From IMG/VR virus record IMGVR_UViG_3300032301_000175, positions 1-25,134 of that record: 25,134 bases of DNA; one strand, 5' to 3'. The DNA comes from a virus (lineage: Duplodnaviria > Caudoviricetes). Within the stretch, counting starts at the first letter, position 1. Each line of letters starts with the position of its first letter. This document shows, one piece after another, positions 17,343-24,467 of the stretch. The translations under genes and the position numbers were made by a program. A model generated the notes under the pieces. That model was not told the DNA's origin and ran no database searches. It saw nothing but the letters and a program-made list of their open reading frames with translations.

Positions 17343-18165
17343 GGCTAATACTCTAACACAGATGCCCGAACTAAGCGCAAGCACAAATTTAACCCCATTT
17401 GGGGCTGGAGAATTTGATAGGCAAAACGCGTCTAGACCGATGCAGGAGCCACAACGCGCCGGGTGGACTGATGAGAAGGGTCAGCGCCTAGTAGCCATGT
17501 CGGAACGGATGCGGTCCGCCGCGACGATGGACGATATTCGGGCAGAAACAGCCCAGAGAGCAATGGAGGATCAAATGACTAAAAATATAATGGAACAGGA
17601 AAGCATGATTGGGCCTCGAGTCCCGAAGAACGAATACGACTCGGCCCTGGCAACGGTCGACATGGAGGCTAGGAAGGACAAGGCCGGTAACGTTCTTGTA
17701 TACGGCCTTCCGCCTGGGGACATGGGCGGAAGCTACGAGGTTGCCGGAATCAACGACAAGTATCATCCAGCAGCCGCCGAGATGCTGAAGAACTTGCCAC
17801 CAGAAGAGCGCCGGGACGCCGCGGCAAGGTACGTCGTAGAATATACCAAGCCTTTCACGTCTAAACTTCCTGAGCCGTACCGGCCCTTCTTCCAGGACCT
17901 GGCATTCAACCGAGGGGTTGGTGGTGCTACAAAGTTCCTGCAACGCGCAATCGGGGTAAAGGACGACGGAGCCCTTGGGCCTCAGACACTCAAGGCCCTG
18001 GAGGGAATGAACCCATCAGAGGTAATGAAGAACGTTTCCGTCGAGCAGATGACCTACGAGAGAAGGCTTGCGGAGCAGAATCCGGAACGTAAAAAGTTTC
18101 TCAATGGTCTCCAGAATAGAGTCTCGAACAGATATAGACTTTTCGGGAATGCTCCAACCGGGTAA
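17341..18165 (+). CDS. GH108-family lysozyme with a C-terminal peptidoglycan-binding region (true start uncertain, probably downstream of 17341)
   Basis: E...GDMGGSYEVAGI, DLAFNRGVGGATKFLQRAIGVKDDGALGPQTL and KFLNGLQNRV. Confidence 0.85.
   Translation: MANTLTQMPELSASTNLTPFGAGEFDRQNASRPMQEPQRAGWTDEKGQRLVAMSERMRSAATMDDIRAETAQRAMEDQMTKNIMEQESMIGPRVPKNEYDSALATVDMEARKDKAGNVLVYGLPPGDMGGSYEVAGINDKYHPAAAEMLKNLPPEERRDAAARYVVEYTKPFTSKLPEPYRPFFQDLAFNRGVGGATKFLQRAIGVKDDGALGPQTLKALEGMNPSEVMKNVSVEQMTYERRLAEQNPERKKFLNGLQNRVSNRYRLFGNAPTG
17350..17380 (-). promoter_or_regulatory. Extended -10 promoter candidate for the antisense gene (leaderless mRNA)
   Basis: The minus strand reads TTGCGC-N16-TGtTAGAGT-ATTAGCC-ATG. 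The -10 ends 7 nt before the ATG and there is no RBS. Confidence 0.45.
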
Positions 18166-18538
18166 TCGTCAGACAGGGGCAGTAGGAGTTGCCAGGGTAA
18201 TCGCAGGACTCCTCGCTTCAGGTTGGAATGTGTTGACCCCATTCGAGGACAACGCGGGGTACGACATCGTTGCGGAGAAGGACGGAACATTCAAAAGAAT
18301 CCAGGTAAAGTCTTGCGGATCTCCACGATTGCACAGCAGTGGCAGAAGGGGCCCGAGCTACAAATTCAGCACCGGCCGCGGAGTCGACAAAAGAAAGTAC
18401 GGTAAGTGCATCGACCTAATATTCCTGGTTGCGCTGGACAAAGATTTGCTGTGGGTATTTGACTCAAGAAAAATGAAGGCGACGCGTTCCGCCTCTCCAG
18501 AAGATTCTATTGCCTGGATGAGTTTGGCTAAAATATAG
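18149..18538 (+). CDS. Free-standing PD-(D/E)XK endonuclease (group I intron-associated PDDEXK_5 / I-Ssp6803I-like)
   Basis: GWNVLTPFEDNAGYDIVAEKDGTFKRIQVKS...IDLIFLV. ATG 18149 overlaps the lysin 3' end. Confidence 0.75.
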   Translation: MLQPGNRQTGAVGVARVIAGLLASGWNVLTPFEDNAGYDIVAEKDGTFKRIQVKSCGSPRLHSSGRRGPSYKFSTGRGVDKRKYGKCIDLIFLVALDKDLLWVFDSRKMKATRSASPEDSIAWMSLAKI

Positions 18539-18575
18539 CAAGTCAAGCTAATTAATAATCCCCCAAAATAATGTA

Positions 18576-18604
18576 TTGACCCAATTGCCGAGTTTCGGCA
18601 GAGT
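18576..18604 (+). promoter_or_regulatory. Sigma70-like promoter candidate with a palindrome in the spacer
   Basis: AT-rich upstream tract, TTGACC-N17-CAGAGT, inverted repeat TGCCGA-gtt-TCGGCA (18586-18600) and AAGGAGG RBS at 18621-18627. Confidence 0.5.
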
Positions 18605-18632
18605 CCGGTGATCTTGAACAAAGGAGGTCACT

Positions 18633-19046
18633 ATGGGCGGAGGGAGAATGTCACGCAACAAGGGGAAGCGCGGTGAACGCGAGGTCTCAAGTCTGCTCAG
18701 TGAGGCTGGATGGAAGGCTAGGCGCGCCCAGCAGTTCTGCGGGTCGCCGGATGGGGGAGCTAGTGATGTACTGGTCGAATCAGAATTCTGGCCCTACCAC
18801 GTCGAGGTCAAGTACTGCCAGCAAACCAAAATTTACGATTGGATGCAACAATCTTCAAACGATTCAAAAGCTGGTAAGACGCCTATCGTGTGCCATCGAA
18901 GAAATCAAACAGAATGGCACGTCACAATGAAATTTAAGGATTGGATCGATTTAGTGAACAATAGTCTTCCGATCGTGTTGCCAGCAGTCACACACGCAAA
19001 AGACATTCATCAGACTTCACCTCAGATAAACCCAAATAAACCATAA
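18633..19046 (+). CDS. Holliday junction resolvase, archaeal Hjc-type / T5 D14-like
   Basis: SRNKGKRGEREV...SDVLV...HVEVK...PIVCHRRNQTEW, with a strong RBS. Confidence 0.8.
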   Translation: MGGGRMSRNKGKRGEREVSSLLSEAGWKARRAQQFCGSPDGGASDVLVESEFWPYHVEVKYCQQTKIYDWMQQSSNDSKAGKTPIVCHRRNQTEWHVTMKFKDWIDLVNNSLPIVLPAVTHAKDIHQTSPQINPNKP

Positions 19047-19059
19047 AGGAGACACACAT

Positions 19060-19677
19060 ATGGCACTAGTATTGAGCGAAAACACAATGAAAGAAAGACC
19101 CTTGGTAGAGGCGGGAGCGCATCCTGCAATCTGCTATTCGGTCATTGACATGGGAACCCAAAAGAGCACCTACCAGGGTGAGACGAAGGAGTTGAAGAAG
19201 ATCCGGATCGGATTTGAGGTCTGCGATCAGAACGACGACTTCGAACAGGTAGAGAATGGCAAGGTCACCATCATCAAAAAGCCGTTGGTCTGTTCCGCGG
19301 AGTTTACCGCGTCGATCGGACCGAAGGCGTCGCTTCGGAAGTTCGTTGAAGGCTGGCTAGGTTCAGCACTCAACGCGAAGCAACTTGCCTCATTCAAGGT
19401 GACAGACTTCCTTGGGAAGTCGGCACTACTCAACGTAGTTCACAAGGTTAGCCAGACGTCCGGCAAGACCTACGCTGCGATCGGATCGGCATCCAAATTG
19501 CCAAAGGGCATGGTTGTCCCCGAGCGCGTAAACAATCTTGTCTCATACGAGATCGAGCAGGGCCAGGGTGGCGAGTTCGTCAACTTGCCCAAGTGGCTAC
19601 AGGAGAAAATTCTCCTATCGAAAGAGCTCGGTGGGGCCAAGTCGACCGTAGCGACCGACGACGGAGCACCGTTCTAA
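19060..19677 (+). CDS. Phage ssDNA-binding / replication protein (OB-fold-like)
   Basis: AICYSVIDMGTQ...ASLRKFVEGWLG...LPKWLQEKI and an SSB-like acidic tail DDGAPF. AAAGGAG RBS. Confidence 0.7.
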   Translation: MALVLSENTMKERPLVEAGAHPAICYSVIDMGTQKSTYQGETKELKKIRIGFEVCDQNDDFEQVENGKVTIIKKPLVCSAEFTASIGPKASLRKFVEGWLGSALNAKQLASFKVTDFLGKSALLNVVHKVSQTSGKTYAAIGSASKLPKGMVVPERVNNLVSYEIEQGQGGEFVNLPKWLQEKILLSKELGGAKSTVATDDGAPF

Positions 19678-20549
19678 TGGCACTAGAACTCTCTACTCAT
19701 TCGGAAACACCGACGAGGCTTGTGTCCGCGGAATTTTCCGCGCACTGGTACTCGACTGATGGAGAGGCTTACCACACAGTCCTGGACGCTGAAGGGCGCG
19801 ATCGTCCAACAACGCTCCGGGACGTGAGGAAGCTAGCCAAGGAGGGTATTGATTTGCTTCCGTCGGTCACTTCAGTGATGAAAGTGAAGGACGCCCCGCA
19901 ACTCAATGCCTGGAAAATAACTCAAATCCTGCTAGCAGCCGACGAGCGCCCGAGGTTCCCAGGGGAAACTCTGGAAGATTGGGCCTTGGCTGTTGAGGAG
20001 TTGAGCAAAGCAGTAACTAGGAAGGCGTCGAACCATGGCACTGCTATGCACGACGTCCAGGAGAGACTGCTACCATTACTGCGCGAAAAGAAGGAGCCTG
20101 TATCCGTAAAGGATATTGAGATTCGCGAGGATCTCATCCCATTCGCGGAGCACATGGTGAAGTGGATCAACTCCGAGGTCGTCTCCTCCTATTGGGAAGA
20201 GAAGGTGCTGGTCGGTGCAGGATATGCCGGGAAGGCAGACGCACTGATCGATCACTCCGAGTATGGCACATGCCTAATCGATCTGAAGAACAGATCGTTC
20301 GACCCGGAGAGGGTCACAGCATCGAAGCGCCCGATTTATGCCCACGACGCCATGCAACTAGGAGCCTATAGGAAGGCCCTTGGTAAGGAAGTGCACTGCA
20401 TGTCGGTGATCCTGTCGTCGAAGACTCCGTCCGCTCCGTTTGTTTACAAGTGGAGTGAGCAGGAGTTGGAAGATGGTTGGAGTGCTTTTCAGCACTGCCT
20501 GGCACTGTGGTGCTTTGACAAGAAATTCAAACCCAAAGGTGTGCAGTAA
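19677..20549 (+). CDS. Cas4/RecB-like PD-(D/E)XK exonuclease
   Basis: HWY, LPSVTSV, GTAMH, E...GYAGKADAL...LIDLK...QLGAY. ATG 19677 overlaps the SSB stop (TAATG). Confidence 0.85.
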   Translation: MALELSTHSETPTRLVSAEFSAHWYSTDGEAYHTVLDAEGRDRPTTLRDVRKLAKEGIDLLPSVTSVMKVKDAPQLNAWKITQILLAADERPRFPGETLEDWALAVEELSKAVTRKASNHGTAMHDVQERLLPLLREKKEPVSVKDIEIREDLIPFAEHMVKWINSEVVSSYWEEKVLVGAGYAGKADALIDHSEYGTCLIDLKNRSFDPERVTASKRPIYAHDAMQLGAYRKALGKEVHCMSVILSSKTPSAPFVYKWSEQELEDGWSAFQHCLALWCFDKKFKPKGVQ

Positions 20550-20574
20550 ACAATAAATCAAAGGAGAAATAAAA

Positions 20575-20733
20575 ATGAAACCAGGACTATACGCAAACAT
20601 TCACAAGAAGAGGGCCAGGATCAAAGCTGGCTCGAAAGAGAAAATGAGAAAGCCGGGATCTAAAGGCGCCCCGACCGAGGAGGCATTTGCCAAATCTAAA
20701 CTTAGTGCAAAGGAGGTCGGTTATGGCCGATAG
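20575..20733 (+). CDS. Small very basic phage protein (52 aa), missing from the ORF track
   Basis: AAGGAG RBS. MKPGLYANIHKKRARIKAGSKEKMRKPGSKGAPTEEAFAKSK matches a GLYANIH...GAPT family I recall from aquatic phages. Confidence 0.8.
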   Translation: MKPGLYANIHKKRARIKAGSKEKMRKPGSKGAPTEEAFAKSKLSAKEVGYGR

Positions 20734-20995
20734 TCCAGCGTGGCAAAGGGCTCTAGGAAAGAACCCGGAAGGTGGGCTGAATGAGGCCGGGCGTCGTAGC
20801 TACAATCGGTCTACAGGCGGAAACCTAAAGGCTCCGGTCAGCAAGAAACAGGCTGCTCGATCGGAGACCTCGGCTGCTAGGCGAAAATCTTTTTGTGCTC
20901 GCATGTCGGGCATGAAGAAGAAGCTGACCTCGGCTAAGACTGCTCGGGACCCAAACAGCCGAATTAATAAAAGCCTAAGAAAGTGGGATTGTTAA
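20723..20995 (+). CDS. Small basic phage protein (DUF6321-like)
   Basis: AAGGAGG RBS before ATG 20723. PAWQR...KNPEGGLNEAGR...RRKSFCARMSGM...DPNSRINKSLRKWDC. Confidence 0.75.
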   Translation: MADSPAWQRALGKNPEGGLNEAGRRSYNRSTGGNLKAPVSKKQAARSETSAARRKSFCARMSGMKKKLTSAKTARDPNSRINKSLRKWDC

Positions 20996-20996
20996 T

Positions 20997-21362
20997 ATGG
21001 AATCAATCATGGAAGCAATCGATTCGCTGGGCACGGCAGTCCGCGAGCTCCAGGAGGGGCTCCCGGTCAAGGATCATACAGAACCAACGATCGAAGACGT
21101 AGCTACCTATGCGAGCAGTGTGATCACAAAGATCATGAACCGCGGGTCAAACAAGTCCAGGTTTGGAGAGTGGTTCCACAAAAACTCGCTCCGCTATAAC
21201 TCGGATCGGGCAATTGCCCACATGACCCGGGCGATGCAACAGATCGATGGCAACGTGTCTTCTCCGGACGGTTCCGGTGAAACATGCATCGACCATCTTG
21301 AGCGCGCACTGGTCCGGGCAGTATTCACCCTCTACAAGGCGAAGGAAGGAAAGATACGGTAA
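20997..21362 (+). CDS. DUF5664-like (dATP/dGTP diphosphohydrolase N-terminal domain-like) protein, divergent
   Basis: IMNRGSNKSRFGEW...RAIAHM...DGSGE...DHLERALVRAVF parallels the family pattern GAxKY...W...RH...D.ESG..HL.HA. Confidence 0.45.
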   Translation: MESIMEAIDSLGTAVRELQEGLPVKDHTEPTIEDVATYASSVITKIMNRGSNKSRFGEWFHKNSLRYNSDRAIAHMTRAMQQIDGNVSSPDGSGETCIDHLERALVRAVFTLYKAKEGKIR

Positions 21363-21493
21363 TGGCTGGGCAGATCATTGAGTTGATATTCTTAATTGGA
21401 TTAATCACAACTATCGTGATTGTGCTTGCACCATTGGTTTGGGTGACCATGATCACGGTCGAGAAAATTGACAAAATCCGTGACGACAAATAG
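21362..21493 (+). CDS. Small single-pass membrane protein (43 aa), missing from the ORF track
   Basis: MAGQIIELIFLIGLITTIVIVLAPLVWVTMITVEKIDKIRDDK, TAATG-coupled to the upstream gene. Confidence 0.6.
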   Translation: MAGQIIELIFLIGLITTIVIVLAPLVWVTMITVEKIDKIRDDK

Positions 21494-21665
21494 TACCAGC
21501 ATCCATATCGGTCCGAAGACGACGACCTGGGAAGACCCGCTCGCGGTGTTTCTCCACAAGGACGAGTCAACCAGAATGGAGCGCATCATGGAGTATCTGT
21601 CATGGGAAAACTATCGACTGCACCAGATCATTCAGAGATTCATGGATGAAAGGAAACCGACATGA
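21468..21665 (+). CDS. Hypothetical protein (start uncertain)
   Basis: Fills the gap in the operon and has an ATGA overlap with the next ORF. Confidence 0.5.
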   Translation: MTKSVTTNSTSIHIGPKTTTWEDPLAVFLHKDESTRMERIMEYLSWENYRLHQIIQRFMDERKPT

Positions 21666-21814
21666 TCTTCGTTCAGTGGGGTGAAAGATACTACGCGGTA
21701 ACTTCCAACGGAGATATATACGATTCTGGCGGGAAGCTGGCGATCGTCCCAGAAGGATTAAAGAAAGCAATTAAGGAGGCTGGAATAAATGAAGAAGCAA
21801 ATAGTAACCGTTAA
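21662..21814 (+). CDS. Hypothetical protein (50 aa), missing from the ORF track
   Basis: AAAGGA RBS and ATGA overlap. MIFVQWGERYYAVTSNGDIYDSGGKLAIVPEGLKKAIKEAG... Confidence 0.6.
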   Translation: MIFVQWGERYYAVTSNGDIYDSGGKLAIVPEGLKKAIKEAGINEEANSNR

Positions 21815-22433
21815 TTGCCAGTTACCAGAATGGTTTGAGAAGCATTCTCTCCCCAGGATGGACGAGGCTGCGAAGAGATGGGACGCAAAACTTGTCGTGA
21901 TCAGACCCGACAAACCGATCGGACTTCTAGCCAAGATGGCACTTGTGGAATTTGTTCAGAATGCTGACAGGACCTTATTCATCGACAGCGATGTTCTTAT
22001 CTCTAGGAACTGCGAGAATCCGTTCGAGGCATTCCCGAGCGGTCACCTCTATGCCTGTGCCGACGCTCCTCACGGTGATCAGTTGCATTGGGGCCGGGCG
22101 AACGAGATGATCCTGTCCCAGGCAATGCTCGGGTCAATCAAGTGGACTCAAGGCTATTTCAACACCGGGGTCATGCTGTGCGACAGCGGACACGCTGGAG
22201 CATGGTCAAACTTTGTTTACGCACCGTTTGCATTCCCAGAGCAGACGTTCACGAACTACCGGGCCAGGGCGTTGGGATACTCTGTTCGCTTTCTAGGCTG
22301 GGAATGGAATGCGATGGAGATCAACACGCCAAAGGATAAGAAGCAGTCGGAAGGATTTATGCCACACGCTGCTGGCATCTACGGAGACAACCGCGCGAAG
22401 TGGATTGAGGAAATGGATAAGGTACTACCATGA
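21789..22433 (+). CDS. GT-A fold glycosyltransferase (GT8-like)
   Basis: DxD motif in LFIDSDVLI, plus YFNTGVML, EQTFTNY, EWNAM and HAAG. AAGGAGG RBS. Confidence 0.85.
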   Translation: MKKQIVTVNCQLPEWFEKHSLPRMDEAAKRWDAKLVVIRPDKPIGLLAKMALVEFVQNADRTLFIDSDVLISRNCENPFEAFPSGHLYACADAPHGDQLHWGRANEMILSQAMLGSIKWTQGYFNTGVMLCDSGHAGAWSNFVYAPFAFPEQTFTNYRARALGYSVRFLGWEWNAMEINTPKDKKQSEGFMPHAAGIYGDNRAKWIEEMDKVLP

Positions 22434-23494
22434 GAATACTAACCCTAAAAGATCCCATGATGTTGGATGATCGTTTGCATCATCCTCACGATTCAATCGT
22501 AGTTCCGAATGAAGTTAAGGGAGTTCCAGGCACCCACGCCGATGCCTACACGATCCCGTACCGGGTCGGTTGCGCTGCCGGAGGCTACGCTGCTTTGTAT
22601 CGAGGCGGGGCAATCGGTGACCAGTTCATCGCCATGGGCATCGCCAGAGCAATGCAACACTACGAGGGAGACGGAAGGGTCGAGGCTTATATTCCGCAAC
22701 GGCATCTTGCCTTGTGGGAAGGATTCGCAGGGGTGAGACCATTGCCACTAGCCCCAACCATAACAACCTGGAAGTCGTACAAGGGCCACGTTTGCCTAGA
22801 CGATATCTTGTCGAAGACAGCGCACCTAGACGGAAATGTTTATGACTACGTCTACAGATCCTGGGGAGTTGAAGTTGACGATCAGTTTAAGAAGCCTTAC
22901 GCCAAGTTGCTGGAGAAGGATCAGCATGAGTTGGCTACGCTAGGATTCGACGTTGGCGGACCGTTCCTGCTGTACTCAATCAGTGGGTCGAGCCTGTGGA
23001 AGACATACCCAACCTACGAGGCGGGGCTGTTCATCAAATCATTCCTGAAGGAGAACAAGGATTGGCACGTCGTAGCTGTGGGCCACGACGATCCCCCTCT
23101 GTCGATCACGCACAGTAGACTGCTTAATCTCCAAGGCAGACTTCGCAATGTCAGGTCACTAATGCACCTGGCCGCACGTTGCGACATGGCAGTGTGCCCG
23201 GAGTCTGCGATCATGCATATCGGGGCAGTGTTCGACACTCCAACGGTTGGGCTGTACGGACCCTACGGTCCAGAGCACACGTCGAAGTACTACCAGTACG
23301 TCAACCCGATCTTCCCTAAAGATGTTTGTCCACACGCTCCGTGCTCGGTGTACGAGCATCCCAAGGACAAGTGCAAAGATGCAGTCAACGCAATACAAGG
23401 AGAACCCAAATGGTGCAACGTTCTAAGATCAATCAAGCCGGAAGACATTCTGGCAAAGACAAAAGACATTCTCAAAAGCCTAAAAAAGAACTGA
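22430..23494 (+). CDS. GT-B fold glycosyltransferase, family 9 (ADP-heptose:LPS heptosyltransferase-like)
   Basis: GGAIGDQF, KTYP, LNLQGRL, ESAIMHIGAVFDTPTVGLYGP and a Cys-rich CPHAPC...C...C...IKPEDI end. Confidence 0.85.
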   Translation: MRILTLKDPMMLDDRLHHPHDSIVVPNEVKGVPGTHADAYTIPYRVGCAAGGYAALYRGGAIGDQFIAMGIARAMQHYEGDGRVEAYIPQRHLALWEGFAGVRPLPLAPTITTWKSYKGHVCLDDILSKTAHLDGNVYDYVYRSWGVEVDDQFKKPYAKLLEKDQHELATLGFDVGGPFLLYSISGSSLWKTYPTYEAGLFIKSFLKENKDWHVVAVGHDDPPLSITHSRLLNLQGRLRNVRSLMHLAARCDMAVCPESAIMHIGAVFDTPTVGLYGPYGPEHTSKYYQYVNPIFPKDVCPHAPCSVYEHPKDKCKDAVNAIQGEPKWCNVLRSIKPEDILAKTKDILKSLKKN

Positions 23495-23670
23495 TCAGAA
23501 TCGTTTCTGAGAAGAAAGTTGTCTGCTATGAGTTGGGCCTAGACGTGGACAAGGACGTCTACGAATCAATCGTTGAGGCTGGTCGCATCCACATTGCAAA
23601 CGACAAGGAAGCCCTGTTCCAATACGCGCTGAAGACAGCGCTCAAGGAGGTTAGACATGAGCGACTTTAA
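23410..23670 (+). CDS. Hypothetical protein overlapping the GT9 3' end
   Basis: AAGGAGA RBS at 23397-23403 before ATG 23410. The frame fills the 23495-23656 gap. Confidence 0.55.
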   Translation: MVQRSKINQAGRHSGKDKRHSQKPKKELIRIVSEKKVVCYELGLDVDKDVYESIVEAGRIHIANDKEALFQYALKTALKEVRHERL

Positions 23671-24220
23671 GCAGAAGATCTTAACGGCAGTGTGCGAGCC
23701 GGACGTGTTGACCGAGCATCAGTGCAACATGATCCGCGACGACGCTCAGGTCATAGGCATGAAGAGATCTCACATTATGAATAAGGACGGAACAACCCGG
23801 GCCGCGTTCACCAGGACATGCTCTTCGTGTTGGGTGCCGTTCGCGGAACACTACAAGTGGCTATACGAAGTGGTTAGGAACATGGCCGGAGACATGAACC
23901 AACAGCACTACAAGTTTGATATCACCGGCATGCAACAGTTGCAGATCCTGCGCTACAGGCCCGGGCAGTTCTTCCTGCCACACTTCGACTGCTTTGATGG
24001 TAGCGACCGCAAGCTAACGATGGTGATCAATCTATCAGATCCAACAGAGTTTCTCGGCGGAGGACTCAGGGTTGAGTGCGACTTGCACAACGCAAAGGAT
24101 GTGAAGAAGCGGGGGTCGGCAACGATGTTCCCCGCCTACATAAGGCACCAGGCACTGCCAGTGTTCTGGGGCTCCAGGTGGGTGCTAGTCGCTTGGTTGA
24201 CCGGGGGACAGTGGAGATGA
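23657..24220 (+). CDS. 2OG-Fe(II) oxygenase (prolyl 4-hydroxylase / PKHD-like)
   Basis: LQILRY, HFD, RKLTMVINLS, GGGL, FPAYIRH and GSRWVLVAW give the HxD...H...R signature. AAGGAGG RBS. Confidence 0.9.
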   Translation: MSDFKQKILTAVCEPDVLTEHQCNMIRDDAQVIGMKRSHIMNKDGTTRAAFTRTCSSCWVPFAEHYKWLYEVVRNMAGDMNQQHYKFDITGMQQLQILRYRPGQFFLPHFDCFDGSDRKLTMVINLSDPTEFLGGGLRVECDLHNAKDVKKRGSATMFPAYIRHQALPVFWGSRWVLVAWLTGGQWR

Positions 24221-24297
24221 ACGGTTGGTACGCAGTTATTGTTTGGGTAATTGTTTTTGGATTGTTGGCAATCTACTGCGATAAGCTAACCAAATGA
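24217..24297 (+). CDS. Very small membrane peptide (26 aa)
   Basis: MNGWYAVIVWVIVFGLLAIYCDKLTK, with ATGA overlaps at both ends. Confidence 0.55.
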   Translation: MNGWYAVIVWVIVFGLLAIYCDKLTK

Positions 24298-24467
24298 GAG
24301 CTCTCGCCTGGACTTTTTATTGGATAGGAGACTTGATCTCTAGGACGTTCATGCGGTTTGGATGGGGATACTCGATCTACAGCAAGGTTATGAACTGGTC
24401 TCTTAGCCTCGATAAGGATGAGTCTGTTTGGAAGAAGGTTAAGAACGATTTGCCCTGGAAGAAGTAA
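24294..24467 (+). CDS. Small Trp-rich protein (57 aa), missing from the ORF track
   Basis: MRALAWTFYWIGDLISRTFMRFGWGYSIYSKVMNWSLSLDKDESVWKKVKNDLPWKK, with ATGA and TAATG overlaps. Confidence 0.65.
   Translation: MRALAWTFYWIGDLISRTFMRFGWGYSIYSKVMNWSLSLDKDESVWKKVKNDLPWKK

Noticed and set aside
18518-18546. Divergent minus-strand promoter starting at TTGACT (18546-18541)
   Set aside because: No acceptable -10 at 16-18 bp spacing and no credible minus-strand gene immediately downstream.
19677-20549. CRISPR-associated cas4
   Set aside because: There is no array or other cas gene and no clear four-Cys Fe-S cluster set. The SSB/resolvase context points to a phage recombination exonuclease.
18068-23409. 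Long 5' extensions given by the ORF track (starts 18068, 19593, 20687, 23326)
   Set aside because: Downstream ATGs at 18149, 19677, 20723 and 23410 have a better RBS, stop-start coupling or a much shorter overlap with the upstream gene.
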